Shown in pieces: positions 9,763 to 19,567 of a stretch of 64,000 nucleotides of DNA. How positions within the stretch are numbered: the first letter of the stretch is position 1; every line of letters begins with the position of its first letter. This DNA comes from a virus (lineage: Duplodnaviria > Caudoviricetes). The position numbers and the translations under genes were made by a program. The notes beneath the pieces are model-generated. The model was given only the letters and a program-made list of their open reading frames with translations. It was not told the DNA's origin and made no database searches. The DNA is taken from the IMG/VR virus record IMGVR_UViG_3300013307_000671, positions 70,909 to 134,908 of that record. One strand, 5' to 3'.

Positions 9763-10397
9763 TTGACTTCCTTATATGACCACTCGCTCACTTTTGATGG
9801 GAAAATACAATACAGTGGCAAACTCAGCGCATTGATATTATCATTATACGCCCAATAGATTCCGTCTACATCAGTATGGCGCTTTATCAGCTCAATAAAG
9901 GCATACTCTTCACCACTTAACCGGACATTTTCCTCAGAAATACCTAAAGCCTCACAAAGCTCAGGCGTTCCAACATAGCAAAACTCATCCTTAATCTGAT
10001 CTTCGCTTTCGCACTCGTTCAGCGCCTCAGCATAGCCAGAGAATGTCATGAAACATAACTCTTCAGTTTCAGCATCCTCAAACTCAACACGATAGATCAG
10101 TTCTTTTTTCAGTAAACCTTCATCTACAGCAAGCTCTAAAAGCTTGAAGCGTGTCTCTGCATAACGCTCTGATTTCATTAAAGGTAAAATACTAATGAAC
10201 TCGCTCTTCTCTTTAGAAAAAGAAAACAGCTTATCAGACGGTTTCAAGTTAAGTAGTTTTGCCCATTTCTCAGGACAAACTGAAAGAGACAGGTTATTGC
10301 CCTCATAAGAGCTTGTTTTCTTGCTAACATTTTCACTGTTCATCGTTCCCCAATGAAACAAAGAAGCAGCAGAAACTTTCGGGAAATAACCTATCAT
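9759..10397 (-). CDS. hypothetical protein (H.G...SYEG..LSLS.CP..W motif)
   Basis: ORF overlapping phosphatase start (ATGA), RBS GAGGT. Confidence 0.8.
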   Translation of the reverse strand: MIGYFPKVSAASLFHWGTMNSENVSKKTSSYEGNNLSLSVCPEKWAKLLNLKPSDKLFSFSKEKSEFISILPLMKSERYAETRFKLLELAVDEGLLKKELIYRVEFEDAETEELCFMTFSGYAEALNECESEDQIKDEFCYVGTPELCEALGISEENVRLSGEEYAFIELIKRHTDVDGIYWAYNDNINALSLPLYCIFPSKVSEWSYKEVK

Positions 10398-10406
10398 GAT
10401 GACCTC

Positions 10407-10868
10407 TTAGCGTGTCAGATCGATTTTGATTAATGTTGCGGTAGGCGTATTAACTTTACTGATAAAGATATCCATCTCTCCAGTAAAAATTTGATCCTCA
10501 CCTAACGCCTCAATAGCAGAGTTAAGCCCTTTATAGCTTTCAATCTCAGCTATAACGCCTTTAACAGCGCTTTCCTCATTAGATGTAAACGGGATAGTTT
10601 TCAGATGGCGAAGAACTGTATCAAAATAGGTCTCCCCTTCCAGCATTTCAACCTCTTCCTTGCTGAAATATTTATCACGCTCAATCAGCACAACAGCGCA
10701 CTCACTGATCTCAATATCAATCATCAGGCGAGGACGCATCTCCAACTGAGCACGACGACCTTCACTGTCTTTAACAAGCTTATCAAAGAATGCTTTTGCT
10801 TCTCCGGTAAGATTATGACCTTTCAGAGATTCAATCAGATTGCTGGCACTAAACGTTTTTTCGCACAT
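10407..10868 (-). CDS. hypothetical protein, family A
   Basis: LIESLKGHNLTGEAKAFFDKL...IDLTR. Confidence 0.8.
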   Translation of the reverse strand: MCEKTFSASNLIESLKGHNLTGEAKAFFDKLVKDSEGRRAQLEMRPRLMIDIEISECAVVLIERDKYFSKEEVEMLEGETYFDTVLRHLKTIPFTSNEESAVKGVIAEIESYKGLNSAIEALGEDQIFTGEMDIFISKVNTPTATLIKIDLTR

Positions 10869-10999
10869 AAAGAGTTTTCCTTTTAAGTAAGTGATTCATT
10901 ATAGCAGAAAGGCATCATTAATGACAATAATTATCTTCATTAAAACAAAAAAGCCACCCTGCTGGATGGCCTTTTAATTCTTATTTATAATCCTGAGTA

Positions 11000-11674
11000 T
11001 TAATATCCTACGATATCGCGAACCTCAGCATGGAAGCTATTAGCTAAATCATACTGTGAAACTTTCACTTTTTTGCCAATGAAGTTTTTCGTGGTGTTAG
11101 GCACTGCTGCTACAACCTCAGCATACAGATCATCAGCAGAGCACTCTGTCAAGCCAGTAAAATTACTCCAGTTAGTTCCCTGAACTACACCACCAACAAA
11201 ACCTTTTTCAGCAAACAGCGTATTTACTGCTTTCACTTGATCTTCTGACAACTTACCGGTTTTCACTCGAACGTTCAACAACACCTGATTACCAACCAGC
11301 TCAGCAATCTCCGCATCACGCTCTAGCTTGATTTCAGCCACAGCACGACCACGAACAGTCAGCGCATCACCATTAACTGATTTAATGCGATCTTCATCAG
11401 CTTTCAGTTTCGCAAGGAATGATTCGATATTTTTCATGTCTGTCTGATAATCAGAATGGATTAAACCTTTGTTGTTTTTTTCAACAATATCTTCCAGTGC
11501 ATCAATCATGCTGACCGAGCAACCACAATAATCCTCATCAATCACATCCAGATCGAGATTTCGAGGCTCTTGAGTCTCACAATCCAGTTCAGCAACACGA
11601 GCGCGAATAGCAAGCTCAGCTTTAGCTAAAATAGAAATAATTTCAGAACGCAGAGCAGTATAAGACTTGGACAT
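11000..11674 (-). CDS. hypothetical protein, paralogue of 15962-16627
   Basis: Shared NLD, S..D.L and K.GKL..Q......A..GF motifs. Confidence 0.8.
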   Translation of the reverse strand: MSKSYTALRSEIISILAKAELAIRARVAELDCETQEPRNLDLDVIDEDYCGCSVSMIDALEDIVEKNNKGLIHSDYQTDMKNIESFLAKLKADEDRIKSVNGDALTVRGRAVAEIKLERDAEIAELVGNQVLLNVRVKTGKLSEDQVKAVNTLFAEKGFVGGVVQGTNWSNFTGLTECSADDLYAEVVAAVPNTTKNFIGKKVKVSQYDLANSFHAEVRDIVGY

Positions 11675-11817
11675 GTTTTTTACCTTTTAGAGATAGTGTT
11701 GAGAAACATCGTTTCAATAAGAAGCATCTTACCTAATGTTGACATTAAACGCAAGCTTTTTTCTTCATTACTGATAAACATGCTTAAAAAAAGCCGCCTC
11801 CCAGGACGGCTTTATCT

Positions 11818-12027
11818 TTAGGCTTTAACCTGTTCCGATTTGACCAACCATTCGCAAATCGTATAGTAGCCCGAAACTTCCTGACCTGATGGCGTGGTTA
11901 GTTTCATTTGACCTACCAGCTCAGGATCAACCTTGTCACAAAGGTAATCCAGCGCATCGTTAGCACTGCCCAAAATCTCTTCAATCTCACCATCGTCAAC
12001 CGTTACAATGCTCAACTTAAAGCCCAT
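11818..12027 (-). CDS. small acidic hypothetical protein
   Basis: RBS GAGGAG, own promoter and terminator. Confidence 0.8.
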   Translation of the reverse strand: MGFKLSIVTVDDGEIEEILGSANDALDYLCDKVDPELVGQMKLTTPSGQEVSGYYTICEWLVKSEQVKA

Positions 12028-12134
12028 TTTGATCTCCTCTTTTTAAGATAATCATGTCGTTTCAATAAAGTAAGTATAGCAAAAACCTTGATCATGCACA
12101 AGTTTTCGATTACTTTTTTTAAATAGGAGCGCAC

Positions 12135-12310
12135 ATGAACTGGAAACAAATCAAAGAACAACAACTTAGCATAACACTCCCACTTTATGATATTGAATGG
12201 TTAAAAAATATTTAAAAGACAATGATATAGACCAAGATGAATATGAAATTGAAACCCGTTAAACCATTGCTGATTATGAAGGTGGAATAATATTCTGCTA
12301 TCCATTTTAA
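12135..12310 (+). pseudogene. probable small pseudogene (frameshift in A-run plus internal stop)
   Basis: RBS AGGAG, MNWKQIKEQQ...WLK then shifted frame KYLKDNDIDQDEYEIETR*TIADYEGG. Confidence 0.4.
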
Positions 12311-12370
12311 ATAATTCTTTATTTTAAAAGGCTCCTTTGATATAATAATATCACTAAAACGGGAGGCTCT

Positions 12371-12730
12371 ATGGATATTCAATCTTTTTTAGACAAAGCA
12401 AATACAACTTTCGACCCTTTTATTTTTGAATCCGGCCAATGTCATACTTTTGCCTTAGCTTTTAAAAAGCGTTTTGGCGGACAACTTTTTGCCCTTATGC
12501 GTCGAGATGCTGAAGACGGCCTCGAATGGTATTCTCATATGATTGTTTTCTTGGATAATGAATGCTTCGATATTCATGGCAAAGATGCCGATGAGTTATG
12601 GTGTGAGAACTTTCCTGAAGATGATGAGTTTGATGATATCCTTATCGAAGAAGATGGCCTTGATGATTTTCTTGCAAATTTCGAGTGCTCTATTAATAAA
12701 AACATTTTAGAACAACTTTTAAACCTTTAA
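12371..12730 (+). CDS. acidic protein with putative Cys-His-Asp (papain/transglutaminase-like) triad
   Basis: GQCHTFALA, SHMIV, FDIHG; RBS GGAGG; TATAAT upstream. Confidence 0.7.
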   Translation: MDIQSFLDKANTTFDPFIFESGQCHTFALAFKKRFGGQLFALMRRDAEDGLEWYSHMIVFLDNECFDIHGKDADELWCENFPEDDEFDDILIEEDGLDDFLANFECSINKNILEQLLNL

Positions 12731-12762
12731 TAAAAAAGCCTCTCTTGAGGCTTTTTTATTGC

Positions 12763-13230
12763 TTAACGCATTCTTGGGCGACTAGCCGAAACCTGCTCAG
12801 CATTGTCCAAATCCATTAGCTTACTGAAATATTCTACCATATTTTTATTTTTGAAATCAGGATGCTGAGAAATATAGTTAAACGCATTCAGTAATATTGA
12901 AAACTCAACAAAATTCTTTGATTCTGAACGCACAATACCTTCCGAGCGATAAGCGCCATAGAAACCAGCAAGCGGATCATGCACGGCTTTGGCTCGGCTT
13001 ACCACAACCGTAGCATCTTTCTCAGTTTTACCTTTATAGTTAACAGAGATCGCAAGACTATCACGACTACCATCCTGCAGGTTCAGGATAAGCACGTAAT
13101 CATCTTTCTCGCTTTTGTTCTCATGACGAGCCGCTGAGGTATTGAACTCCTTGAACTTGAACAACGGATTATGCTTTAACACGCGCAGCTTACCGTTGAG
13201 CTTTTTCATCACATCTGACTTTTGTTCCAT
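12763..13230 (-). CDS. hypothetical protein with basic C-terminal tail
   Basis: ORF, RBS AAGGA, ends SRPRMR. Confidence 0.8.
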   Translation of the reverse strand: MEQKSDVMKKLNGKLRVLKHNPLFKFKEFNTSAARHENKSEKDDYVLILNLQDGSRDSLAISVNYKGKTEKDATVVVSRAKAVHDPLAGFYGAYRSEGIVRSESKNFVEFSILLNAFNYISQHPDFKNKNMVEYFSKLMDLDNAEQVSASRPRMR

Positions 13231-13319
13231 TTTACTTTCCTTTTAGCAGTTAATAATCCATTATAACGCCAATAAATGGAATGCACAATCTTTTTATAAA
13301 AAAAAGGCCCTGAAAGGCC

Positions 13320-13760
13320 TTATCTGATTTTGATGAGTATATTCATATTCTCAAAATCCTGAGAATATGTCTTCTCTGGCACCATGACGAATCTCTGCAT
13401 GATATTACGCCTACTGATTTCAGGAACTTCAATAATATCATAACCACCTTTAAATGTCTGATACTTTATTTTTTCATATGACATTATGAGAGACATAAAT
13501 ACTTTATCAGGACTTTTAAAATCTTTTACACCTTGATAATCAAATGAAAACTCGCCTCCTTGCGAATCTGTTAATTCTATGACAAAGTGGTCTGAACATT
13601 TCTCAACACGTCTAACAACAACCTTTTTCCCATCTTTAATCAAAACATCTACAAAACAGCTTTTTGATTGCGCTTCTAACTTATCTCGTGTCTGGATTTC
13701 GGCTTTTTGAGCGCAGGCCGATAGAAAAAAGGCTATGCACAGTAATAATACTTTTTTCAC
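13320..13760 (-). CDS. putative lipoprotein
   Basis: Signal MKKVLLLCIAFFLSA|C with lipobox LSAC. Confidence 0.75.
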   Translation of the reverse strand: MKKVLLLCIAFFLSACAQKAEIQTRDKLEAQSKSCFVDVLIKDGKKVVVRRVEKCSDHFVIELTDSQGGEFSFDYQGVKDFKSPDKVFMSLIMSYEKIKYQTFKGGYDIIEVPEISRRNIMQRFVMVPEKTYSQDFENMNILIKIR

Positions 13761-13767
13761 AAATGCC

Positions 13768-14268
13768 TCATTTTGTTAAGTAGTTAACATCGATTTTTTC
13801 TGAACCGATAATTGATTTTACTTGCTCAAACATCGCCTTAGCCGGAGCCAAAATCTCAGAAGCCTCTTTTGAATCACTCCGCTCACCAAAGTTCACGCAT
13901 AAACGCAGATGAGAAAGAATCATGTATAACACTTCCGTCATCTGAGTGTCCGGCGTATTTCCAATATATTCAATGATCGCAGGATAGCCATCGATATTCC
14001 GCTCTTTGCTATCAGGCAAGCCATATTCGACCAATAACTCCTGAAGCTCAAGACCATAAAAATAGCCCAACCCCATAGCATCAAAAACCATACTCATGGA
14101 GTTATCATTCATTGATTTAAAACTTTTCGCACTGCTAAGAAGAAGCATAGAAATATCCCGCTCAACTTTTGTGCCGCCCGCCAGTTTTTCAAGCCATGCT
14201 TTTTTTTCAATCAGCGCTGCCCTCTGAGCATCATTTAAAAAAGCAAGCCTTTCTTCTTTTGTATACAT
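13768..14268 (-). CDS. hypothetical protein
   Basis: ORF, RBS AAGGAG. Confidence 0.8.
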   Translation of the reverse strand: MYTKEERLAFLNDAQRAALIEKKAWLEKLAGGTKVERDISMLLLSSAKSFKSMNDNSMSMVFDAMGLGYFYGLELQELLVEYGLPDSKERNIDGYPAIIEYIGNTPDTQMTEVLYMILSHLRLCVNFGERSDSKEASEILAPAKAMFEQVKSIIGSEKIDVNYLTK

Positions 14269-14307
14269 TTACACTCCTTTAAATAGAAACAGCCACCTAC
14301 TGGTGGC

Positions 14308-14868
14308 TTATTGAGGTATAGCTGTCAAATGCGGATAAAACACTGTCAGCTTATTTCTCTCGAACTCACAAACATCATCCATGCTGAAATAGAGATCGTA
14401 AAACTCAACATGGATTTCTCCACGACGTGCATACTTTTCACACGCTTGCTTGAACTCTTCCTCAAATGTCTTTTGACTGTCAATCTCAACAGGGATAAAA
14501 CGGATATTAAAATCGTCCTCAGTATCCGGCAAATACTCCCGCTTTTCCATCATAAAGAGATTGCCACCGCGCTCACCAATCTTAATCGGCTCTACCGAAT
14601 CCAAATCAATAATGTCAGGCTCTTTGATTTTATAGTTAAACTGGCCCCAGCCTTGCTCTAAAACATCCTCAAGACGAACGCTAACACCACACACATCAAT
14701 GAAATCATTGCTCTCAATATCCTTACCTGTTGCCATGAAAGCATACAGCTTTTCATAAAGCTCAAGAATAAAGGTATCAGGATCTACAGCCAACAATACG
14801 ACATGCGGCGAGTAAAGCAGCATCTCACCTTCTAATCGATATTCCTGAACAAAATATGAACGCGACAT
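14308..14868 (-). CDS. acidic hypothetical protein
   Basis: ORF, RBS GAGGT. Confidence 0.8.
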   Translation of the reverse strand: MSRSYFVQEYRLEGEMLLYSPHVVLLAVDPDTFILELYEKLYAFMATGKDIESNDFIDVCGVSVRLEDVLEQGWGQFNYKIKEPDIIDLDSVEPIKIGERGGNLFMMEKREYLPDTEDDFNIRFIPVEIDSQKTFEEEFKQACEKYARRGEIHVEFYDLYFSMDDVCEFERNKLTVFYPHLTAIPQ

Positions 14869-14955
14869 TTTTAGACCTCATGGTTTATTTGTTGCCATTA
14901 TACAGAAACTCTTTATGATATACAATAAAAAGCCACCCGAAGGTGGCTTTCTGTA

Positions 14956-15840
14956 TTAATGAGCTTTTCGCCCCATCATTTTTAGCACCAGATCATGAAT
15001 CAACACAACTACAATACCCACTACCAAAGCCACTACCGCATTTCCGCCCATTGAGACCAAAGAACCCGCCCAGCCTGCCGGAGAAATATGCGTGATAAAC
15101 TCAGCAACCGGATGAAGGCCATGAACAATGATGCCACCACCCACCAAAAACATCGCCACCAGACCAATCAGCGACAGGGCTTTCATCAACCACGGCACCA
15201 CGTTAATAAAACCACGACCAACCAGCTTTGCCACCGCTGATTTTTTAGCATCCAGCCAGAAACCAATATCATCCAGTTTTACGATCAGAGCCACAATACC
15301 ATACACAAATACGGTAAAGCCTACGCCTAAAATACTCAGTGCGATGATCTTCTGCAGCAGCGGATAAGCGCTAATTGCACTTAAGGAAATCACAATAATC
15401 TCAGCCGAAAGAATAAAGTCAGTTCTGACCGCGCCTTTAATCTTTTTCTTCTCTTGCTTGAGCATCTCTTCTTTAGAAAGCTCCAGGTTTGCAAGATGTT
15501 GCTCCTGATGCGCCTGAACCTTTTCTTTATGGAAAAACTTCTCTTTGAGGTTTTCCACACCTTCAAAACATAAGAAGGCACCACCTACCATCAGCAGAGG
15601 GATCATTAACCACGGCGCAAATACGCTAATCAGCAGTGCAGCAGGCACCAGAATCAGCTTGTTAATCAGCGATCCCTTAAATACACCCCACACCACAGGA
15701 AGCTCACGATTGGGCTTGACGCCAGAGACCTGCTCAGCATTTAACGCAAGGTCATCACCTAACACACCGACCGTCTTACTCGCCGCCGTCTTAGTCATCG
15801 TCAGAATGTCATCCAGAACCATTAACAGTCCACCAACCAT
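14956..15840 (-). CDS. yedI: inner membrane protein YedI (DUF808 family)
   Basis: GVLGDDLALNAEQVSGV..NRELPVVWGV.KGSLINK, IKGAVRTDFILSAEI, AMFLVGGGIIVHG match enterobacterial YedI. Confidence 0.9.
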   Translation of the reverse strand: MVGGLLMVLDDILTMTKTAASKTVGVLGDDLALNAEQVSGVKPNRELPVVWGVFKGSLINKLILVPAALLISVFAPWLMIPLLMVGGAFLCFEGVENLKEKFFHKEKVQAHQEQHLANLELSKEEMLKQEKKKIKGAVRTDFILSAEIIVISLSAISAYPLLQKIIALSILGVGFTVFVYGIVALIVKLDDIGFWLDAKKSAVAKLVGRGFINVVPWLMKALSLIGLVAMFLVGGGIIVHGLHPVAEFITHISPAGWAGSLVSMGGNAVVALVVGIVVVLIHDLVLKMMGRKAH

Positions 15841-15961
15841 TTGCTTTTCCTCAGTTATTTAAGTCCAGTGATTATAGCGAAACTTAAACGAAAAGACAAC
15901 AAGATTTACGTTTCTACAAATAAAAAAGACCGCAGAGCGGTCTTTTCTTTATTAACGTGTT

Positions 15962-16627
15962 TTACAGGAAATAATGCTTCCCTTCGAGGAAAGTTTTCAC
16001 GCCCACGGTTGATGTGGAGATGTTAGAGATAAAATTGCGATCATCAGTAACCTTACCTTCCAGTTTACTGAACACCACATGAGACAAGCTCTTAAGACCA
16101 CGCTTATCATGCAGGCGACCCACAAAACGATAAAACTGACCTTCATGTGATTCCGTCATCGGGAAGCCTTCATCCGCCATCACTTTAAGCAGTTTCTTTT
16201 CCTGCTCTTTGTCCAGCTTGCCAACTTTGATAGCGACAATGCGCAGTTCGTTGAAATCAACCGCATCACCTAACTCTTTTGCAGTTTTCTGAGTCAGCTT
16301 GTCGATTTTCACGTTCAGATCTTTCAGTGCTTCGCGGCGGTCATCTTCACCTACACGAACACGCACTTCCAGCGAAGACAGAACTTTATCCAGCGACTCA
16401 AAATCCTGCTTCATTGAAACTGGCACCACGACGCGCTTACGCAATACATTCAGAATATCCAGCAAAGAAGTAGACTCACCTTCTTCCGCATCAGAATCAG
16501 TCATGTAAATATCCAGATTCTTAGCCAGCTTTTGATCCATTTCCTTATCAAGTGATTTTCTCATTTCGTTCACTTGTGAGTGATACTCAGAACGTTTTTC
16601 ACGCATAAAAGCCAGAAGTGATTGCAT
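15962..16627 (-). CDS. hypothetical protein, paralogue of 11000-11674
   Basis: ORF, RBS AAGGT, paralogy. Confidence 0.8.
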   Translation of the reverse strand: MQSLLAFMREKRSEYHSQVNEMRKSLDKEMDQKLAKNLDIYMTDSDAEEGESTSLLDILNVLRKRVVVPVSMKQDFESLDKVLSSLEVRVRVGEDDRREALKDLNVKIDKLTQKTAKELGDAVDFNELRIVAIKVGKLDKEQEKKLLKVMADEGFPMTESHEGQFYRFVGRLHDKRGLKSLSHVVFSKLEGKVTDDRNFISNISTSTVGVKTFLEGKHYFL

Positions 16628-16683
16628 TTTATTTTACCTTGTTTGTTAAATTGAAAGCATTATAGCAACAACGTATTTTCACA

Positions 16684-16989
16684 TCAAGCGATTTTATCGC
16701 CCCACTCGTTAAATGTTATCTCCATCTTACTCTCCCGGCTTATCTGAACACCTGAAAGATAATCACTTAAAGTTGAAAGCCCTTTGTCAAAAAGCTCCTG
16801 ACCGCTTAGTAAAACATGCGTCTTTTTCAGCTTTTTTTCACGACGATTAAGCTTAATAGACATCTTTTTGACCAGTTCTTTCTTTATGAGATCGTAGTGC
16901 TCATTTTGCGAGGAATCCAGAACCTGATAAAGCACATTTGCCCAACCACCACACTCTTGCTGCAGCAAAACACTAATGGACAGTTTCAT
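16684..16989 (-). CDS. hypothetical protein
   Basis: ORF, RBS GAGGT. Confidence 0.75.
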   Translation of the reverse strand: MKLSISVLLQQECGGWANVLYQVLDSSQNEHYDLIKKELVKKMSIKLNRREKKLKKTHVLLSGQELFDKGLSTLSDYLSGVQISRESKMEITFNEWGDKIA

Positions 16990-17103
16990 GATTCTACCTC
17001 TCTGATTTCGATACCTTCATTATACAAAATCAGGCTATCGCCACAAATAGGATTTATTTATATCTTATGCCGATTTATACATTAAAAAACCGCCCGGAGG
17101 CGG

Positions 17104-17391
17104 CTATTTCATTAATGTTTTAAGACTCTCAAACAGCGATTTTGCTTCCTTTTCATAATTAACTGAATCCGCAAGCAGCAGAGAGTTGGCGGTTTTACCT
17201 TTATATCCTAACTCTTTACGTAAAATATGCTCACTGATCCAATCAAGATGAATAGTGTCTTCATGACGCAACTTATCAAATCTTCCAAACCAAAACATCT
17301 TTACATTATAAGTAAAGCTTGCTTCTCCGCGAATAAGATTTTCACTGATATATTGCGCTACATTTGAAGGTAAATCATTTTTATTCAACAT
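17104..17391 (-). CDS. hypothetical protein
   Basis: Start at MLNKN with RBS GAGGA. Confidence 0.7.
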   Translation of the reverse strand: MLNKNDLPSNVAQYISENLIRGEASFTYNVKMFWFGRFDKLRHEDTIHLDWISEHILRKELGYKGKTANSLLLADSVNYEKEAKSLFESLKTLMK

Positions 17392-17444
17392 ATTTCCTCT
17401 CATTTATGCTTATGACCATTTAAAAGCTGCCTTTGGGCAGCTTC

Positions 17445-17777
17445 TTAGAGAAATACAAGGTGAGAGTTTGCCTGAATATTGAGGCATGACTCCCAATCAG
17501 CAATATTCCCACGGATACCCGCAGCAACCTTATTAACGCCAGCAGGCTTGAAGATATCACCATTTTCATCAATAAACATCACGATGGATTTATTCTCGTT
17601 AGTGCTATACCAGATCTTGAGATACTTCCGGCCCATCTCAATCTCATAGCGCTTGTTGAGCCACTTCTTGTACTCATCCAGACTCACACCATGCTTATCC
17701 GCCTGCTTCTGAAGGTAAGCATCCGTCTTTTGATTTAAAGACTCAACCATCTCTGACGCCATTTTTAAGATCTGCAT
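17445..17777 (-). CDS. conserved phage hypothetical (GRKY.KI...FID..GDI.KPA family)
   Basis: Motif typical of a widespread uncharacterised phage family. Confidence 0.75.
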   Translation of the reverse strand: MQILKMASEMVESLNQKTDAYLQKQADKHGVSLDEYKKWLNKRYEIEMGRKYLKIWYSTNENKSIVMFIDENGDIFKPAGVNKVAAGIRGNIADWESCLNIQANSHLVFL

Positions 17778-17848
17778 ATCCGTTCTCTTAGTGATTTATC
17801 TTGTGATATGAGCCTATTATATCTCAAGCCCACAATAAAGACAACAAT

Positions 17849-18019
17849 TTAAGGCAGGTAATAACCGTGTTCTTGCGAATAGTGTGCACCTAACGCTTTA
17901 GGAGATTCCCAAGGCAGTACGACATTTTGACCTGTTTCTGAGTTAACACCATGACTCACGATCTCCTCAACACGTCCGGTTTTCTCATTTTTTTCTTTAA
18001 CAACATACAGGAATATCAT
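17849..18019 (-). CDS. small hypothetical protein
   Basis: Start MIFLY with RBS GAGGT. Confidence 0.7.
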   Translation of the reverse strand: MIFLYVVKEKNEKTGRVEEIVSHGVNSETGQNVVLPWESPKALGAHYSQEHGYYLP

Positions 18020-18147
18020 AGCGACCTCAGTAGTTTTACAAGATAACGCATTATAACTGACAATAAAGTAATGTGCTATAAAAATATCCAAACTTTACAG
18101 AGCCTGAATCTGCATGATAGACTGACTTTAAGGCACAAGGAGAAACC

Positions 18148-18390
18148 ATGAACGCATCAGATAGCAAACAACTTAACATCGCTATAGACATCTTCAGGCG
18201 CGATCCTGAGAGGCTTAAAGACTTGTTTATGACCGGACGACTGAGATTATCCTCAGAGCCAATGTATGTGCTTTATCTTCACTATATAGCAAACATCAGC
18301 TTTAAAGATATTGCCTATGATGAGCGTGCTGATGAAATAATAAAGAACATTGCCAAACGGTTTTTAGCCATTAAAAAAGCCACTTTATAG
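18148..18390 (+). CDS. small protein resembling a degenerate sigma70 region-4 HTH
   Basis: RBS AGGAG; LSSEPMYVLYLHYIANISFKDIA; divergent orientation. Confidence 0.6.
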   Translation: MNASDSKQLNIAIDIFRRDPERLKDLFMTGRLRLSSEPMYVLYLHYIANISFKDIAYDERADEIIKNIAKRFLAIKKATL

Positions 18391-18399
18391 TGGCTTCCT

Positions 18400-18849
18400 T
18401 TATTTTAAAATTAATTTTACATTGAAGCTGTCAAGAGGAATATCTTCATTAACTGATAGCTCACCACCGGGCAAAGATACATATTTTTCCTTGCTCAGGC
18501 GTTCTTTAAAATTCTCGTCTGATTTAATATTCGCAATTAACTCATCCAAAGGATAATCATTTTTTAACACTGCCCGATCAATTCCTTCCAGATAACGCAA
18601 CACAGTATCAACTTTAGTCTCCCCATCAAAAATCTCAACAGTCGCCCCAAACATATTAAAGCCGGACTCTTTATGTTTATCAAAATCCCTGATATAGGAA
18701 TCAATCACAATATAGAGAGTGCGAGGCTGAGCTAAAGCATTCTGATAGACACTCTTTTTCTCAATCAGCTCAGCAAGCAAGTTCTCTGCTGATCCTGTTA
18801 TTTTTCCTGTTTTTAATGAGGAAATCAAATCATCAATATCATAACTCAT
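18400..18849 (-). CDS. hypothetical protein, family A
   Basis: LISSLKTGKITGSAENLL; GET..DTVLR shared with 10407. Confidence 0.8.
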   Translation of the reverse strand: MSYDIDDLISSLKTGKITGSAENLLAELIEKKSVYQNALAQPRTLYIVIDSYIRDFDKHKESGFNMFGATVEIFDGETKVDTVLRYLEGIDRAVLKNDYPLDELIANIKSDENFKERLSKEKYVSLPGGELSVNEDIPLDSFNVKLILK

Positions 18850-19052
18850 TTAGCACCTTCCTCTGTTTCTTTAGAGTAAGATTTCGCCTTGTATCGCTCT
18901 TTTCCTGTTCCATTACAGGAGCCACAGGCAGGCGACCCATTCGCATCATAACGACCGCTTCCCGCACAAGCACCACACTTACGCAGCTTATAACCATAAA
19001 CAAAGCGATGATATTCATCTGTACGACGTTGTTTGCGCTCATGGAAGTTCAT
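18846..19052 (-). CDS. small DnaJ-type zinc-finger protein
   Basis: CGACAGSG...CGSCNGTG (two CxxCxGxG). Confidence 0.75.
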   Translation of the reverse strand: MNFHERKQRRTDEYHRFVYGYKLRKCGACAGSGRYDANGSPACGSCNGTGKERYKAKSYSKETEEGAK

Positions 19053-19060
19053 AGCAGCCC

Positions 19061-19264
19061 TTAAATGATAAACTTAACAAACTCAGGCTTTTTCTCATTG
19101 GCTTCAAAAACTTCCGCCGAGTATTCCTGAATGGTCTTACGCGCATCTTTCACGCAGTTTTTACCTGTAGCCTTGTGCTCATTCTCAGAACGACCGCAAT
19201 GCTTACACTTATAGCCAACAAAGTAGCCGCGACCTTCAACCTTCTCATACATCTTATATGTCAT
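19061..19264 (-). CDS. small Cys/His protein
   Basis: CKHC..H...C; RBS AAGGA. Confidence 0.7.
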   Translation of the reverse strand: MTYKMYEKVEGRGYFVGYKCKHCGRSENEHKATGKNCVKDARKTIQEYSAEVFEANEKKPEFVKFII

Positions 19265-19362
19265 TTTGATTTATCCTTTGTAAGCAGTGAATCTATTATA
19301 TGACAACAATACCTCGCACGCAACAAAAAAGCCACCCGAAGGCAGCTTTTTATTGTTTTCTG

Positions 19363-19515
19363 TTATGTGCCGCTTATGTCGTAATACTCGGTTCGACCAT
19401 CAAAAAAACCTTTATCGTATTCTTCCTGATCAAAGGCATTATCAAACATCTGCTTTTCTTTGAAGCTGAATCCATCGCGAAAGCCTTTATGCCAATGAGA
19501 TTCTTGCGTTTTCAT
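19363..19515 (-). CDS. 50-aa hypothetical protein
   Basis: Manual translation MKTQESHWHKGFRDG...YDKGFFDG; RBS GAGGA; terminator follows. Confidence 0.65.
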   Translation of the reverse strand: MKTQESHWHKGFRDGFSFKEKQMFDNAFDQEEYDKGFFDGRTEYYDISGT

Positions 19516-19567
19516 GCTTTTATCCTCTTACAGCCTGAGCGCGTATTAAAAAGTAATCTTGACGTTT

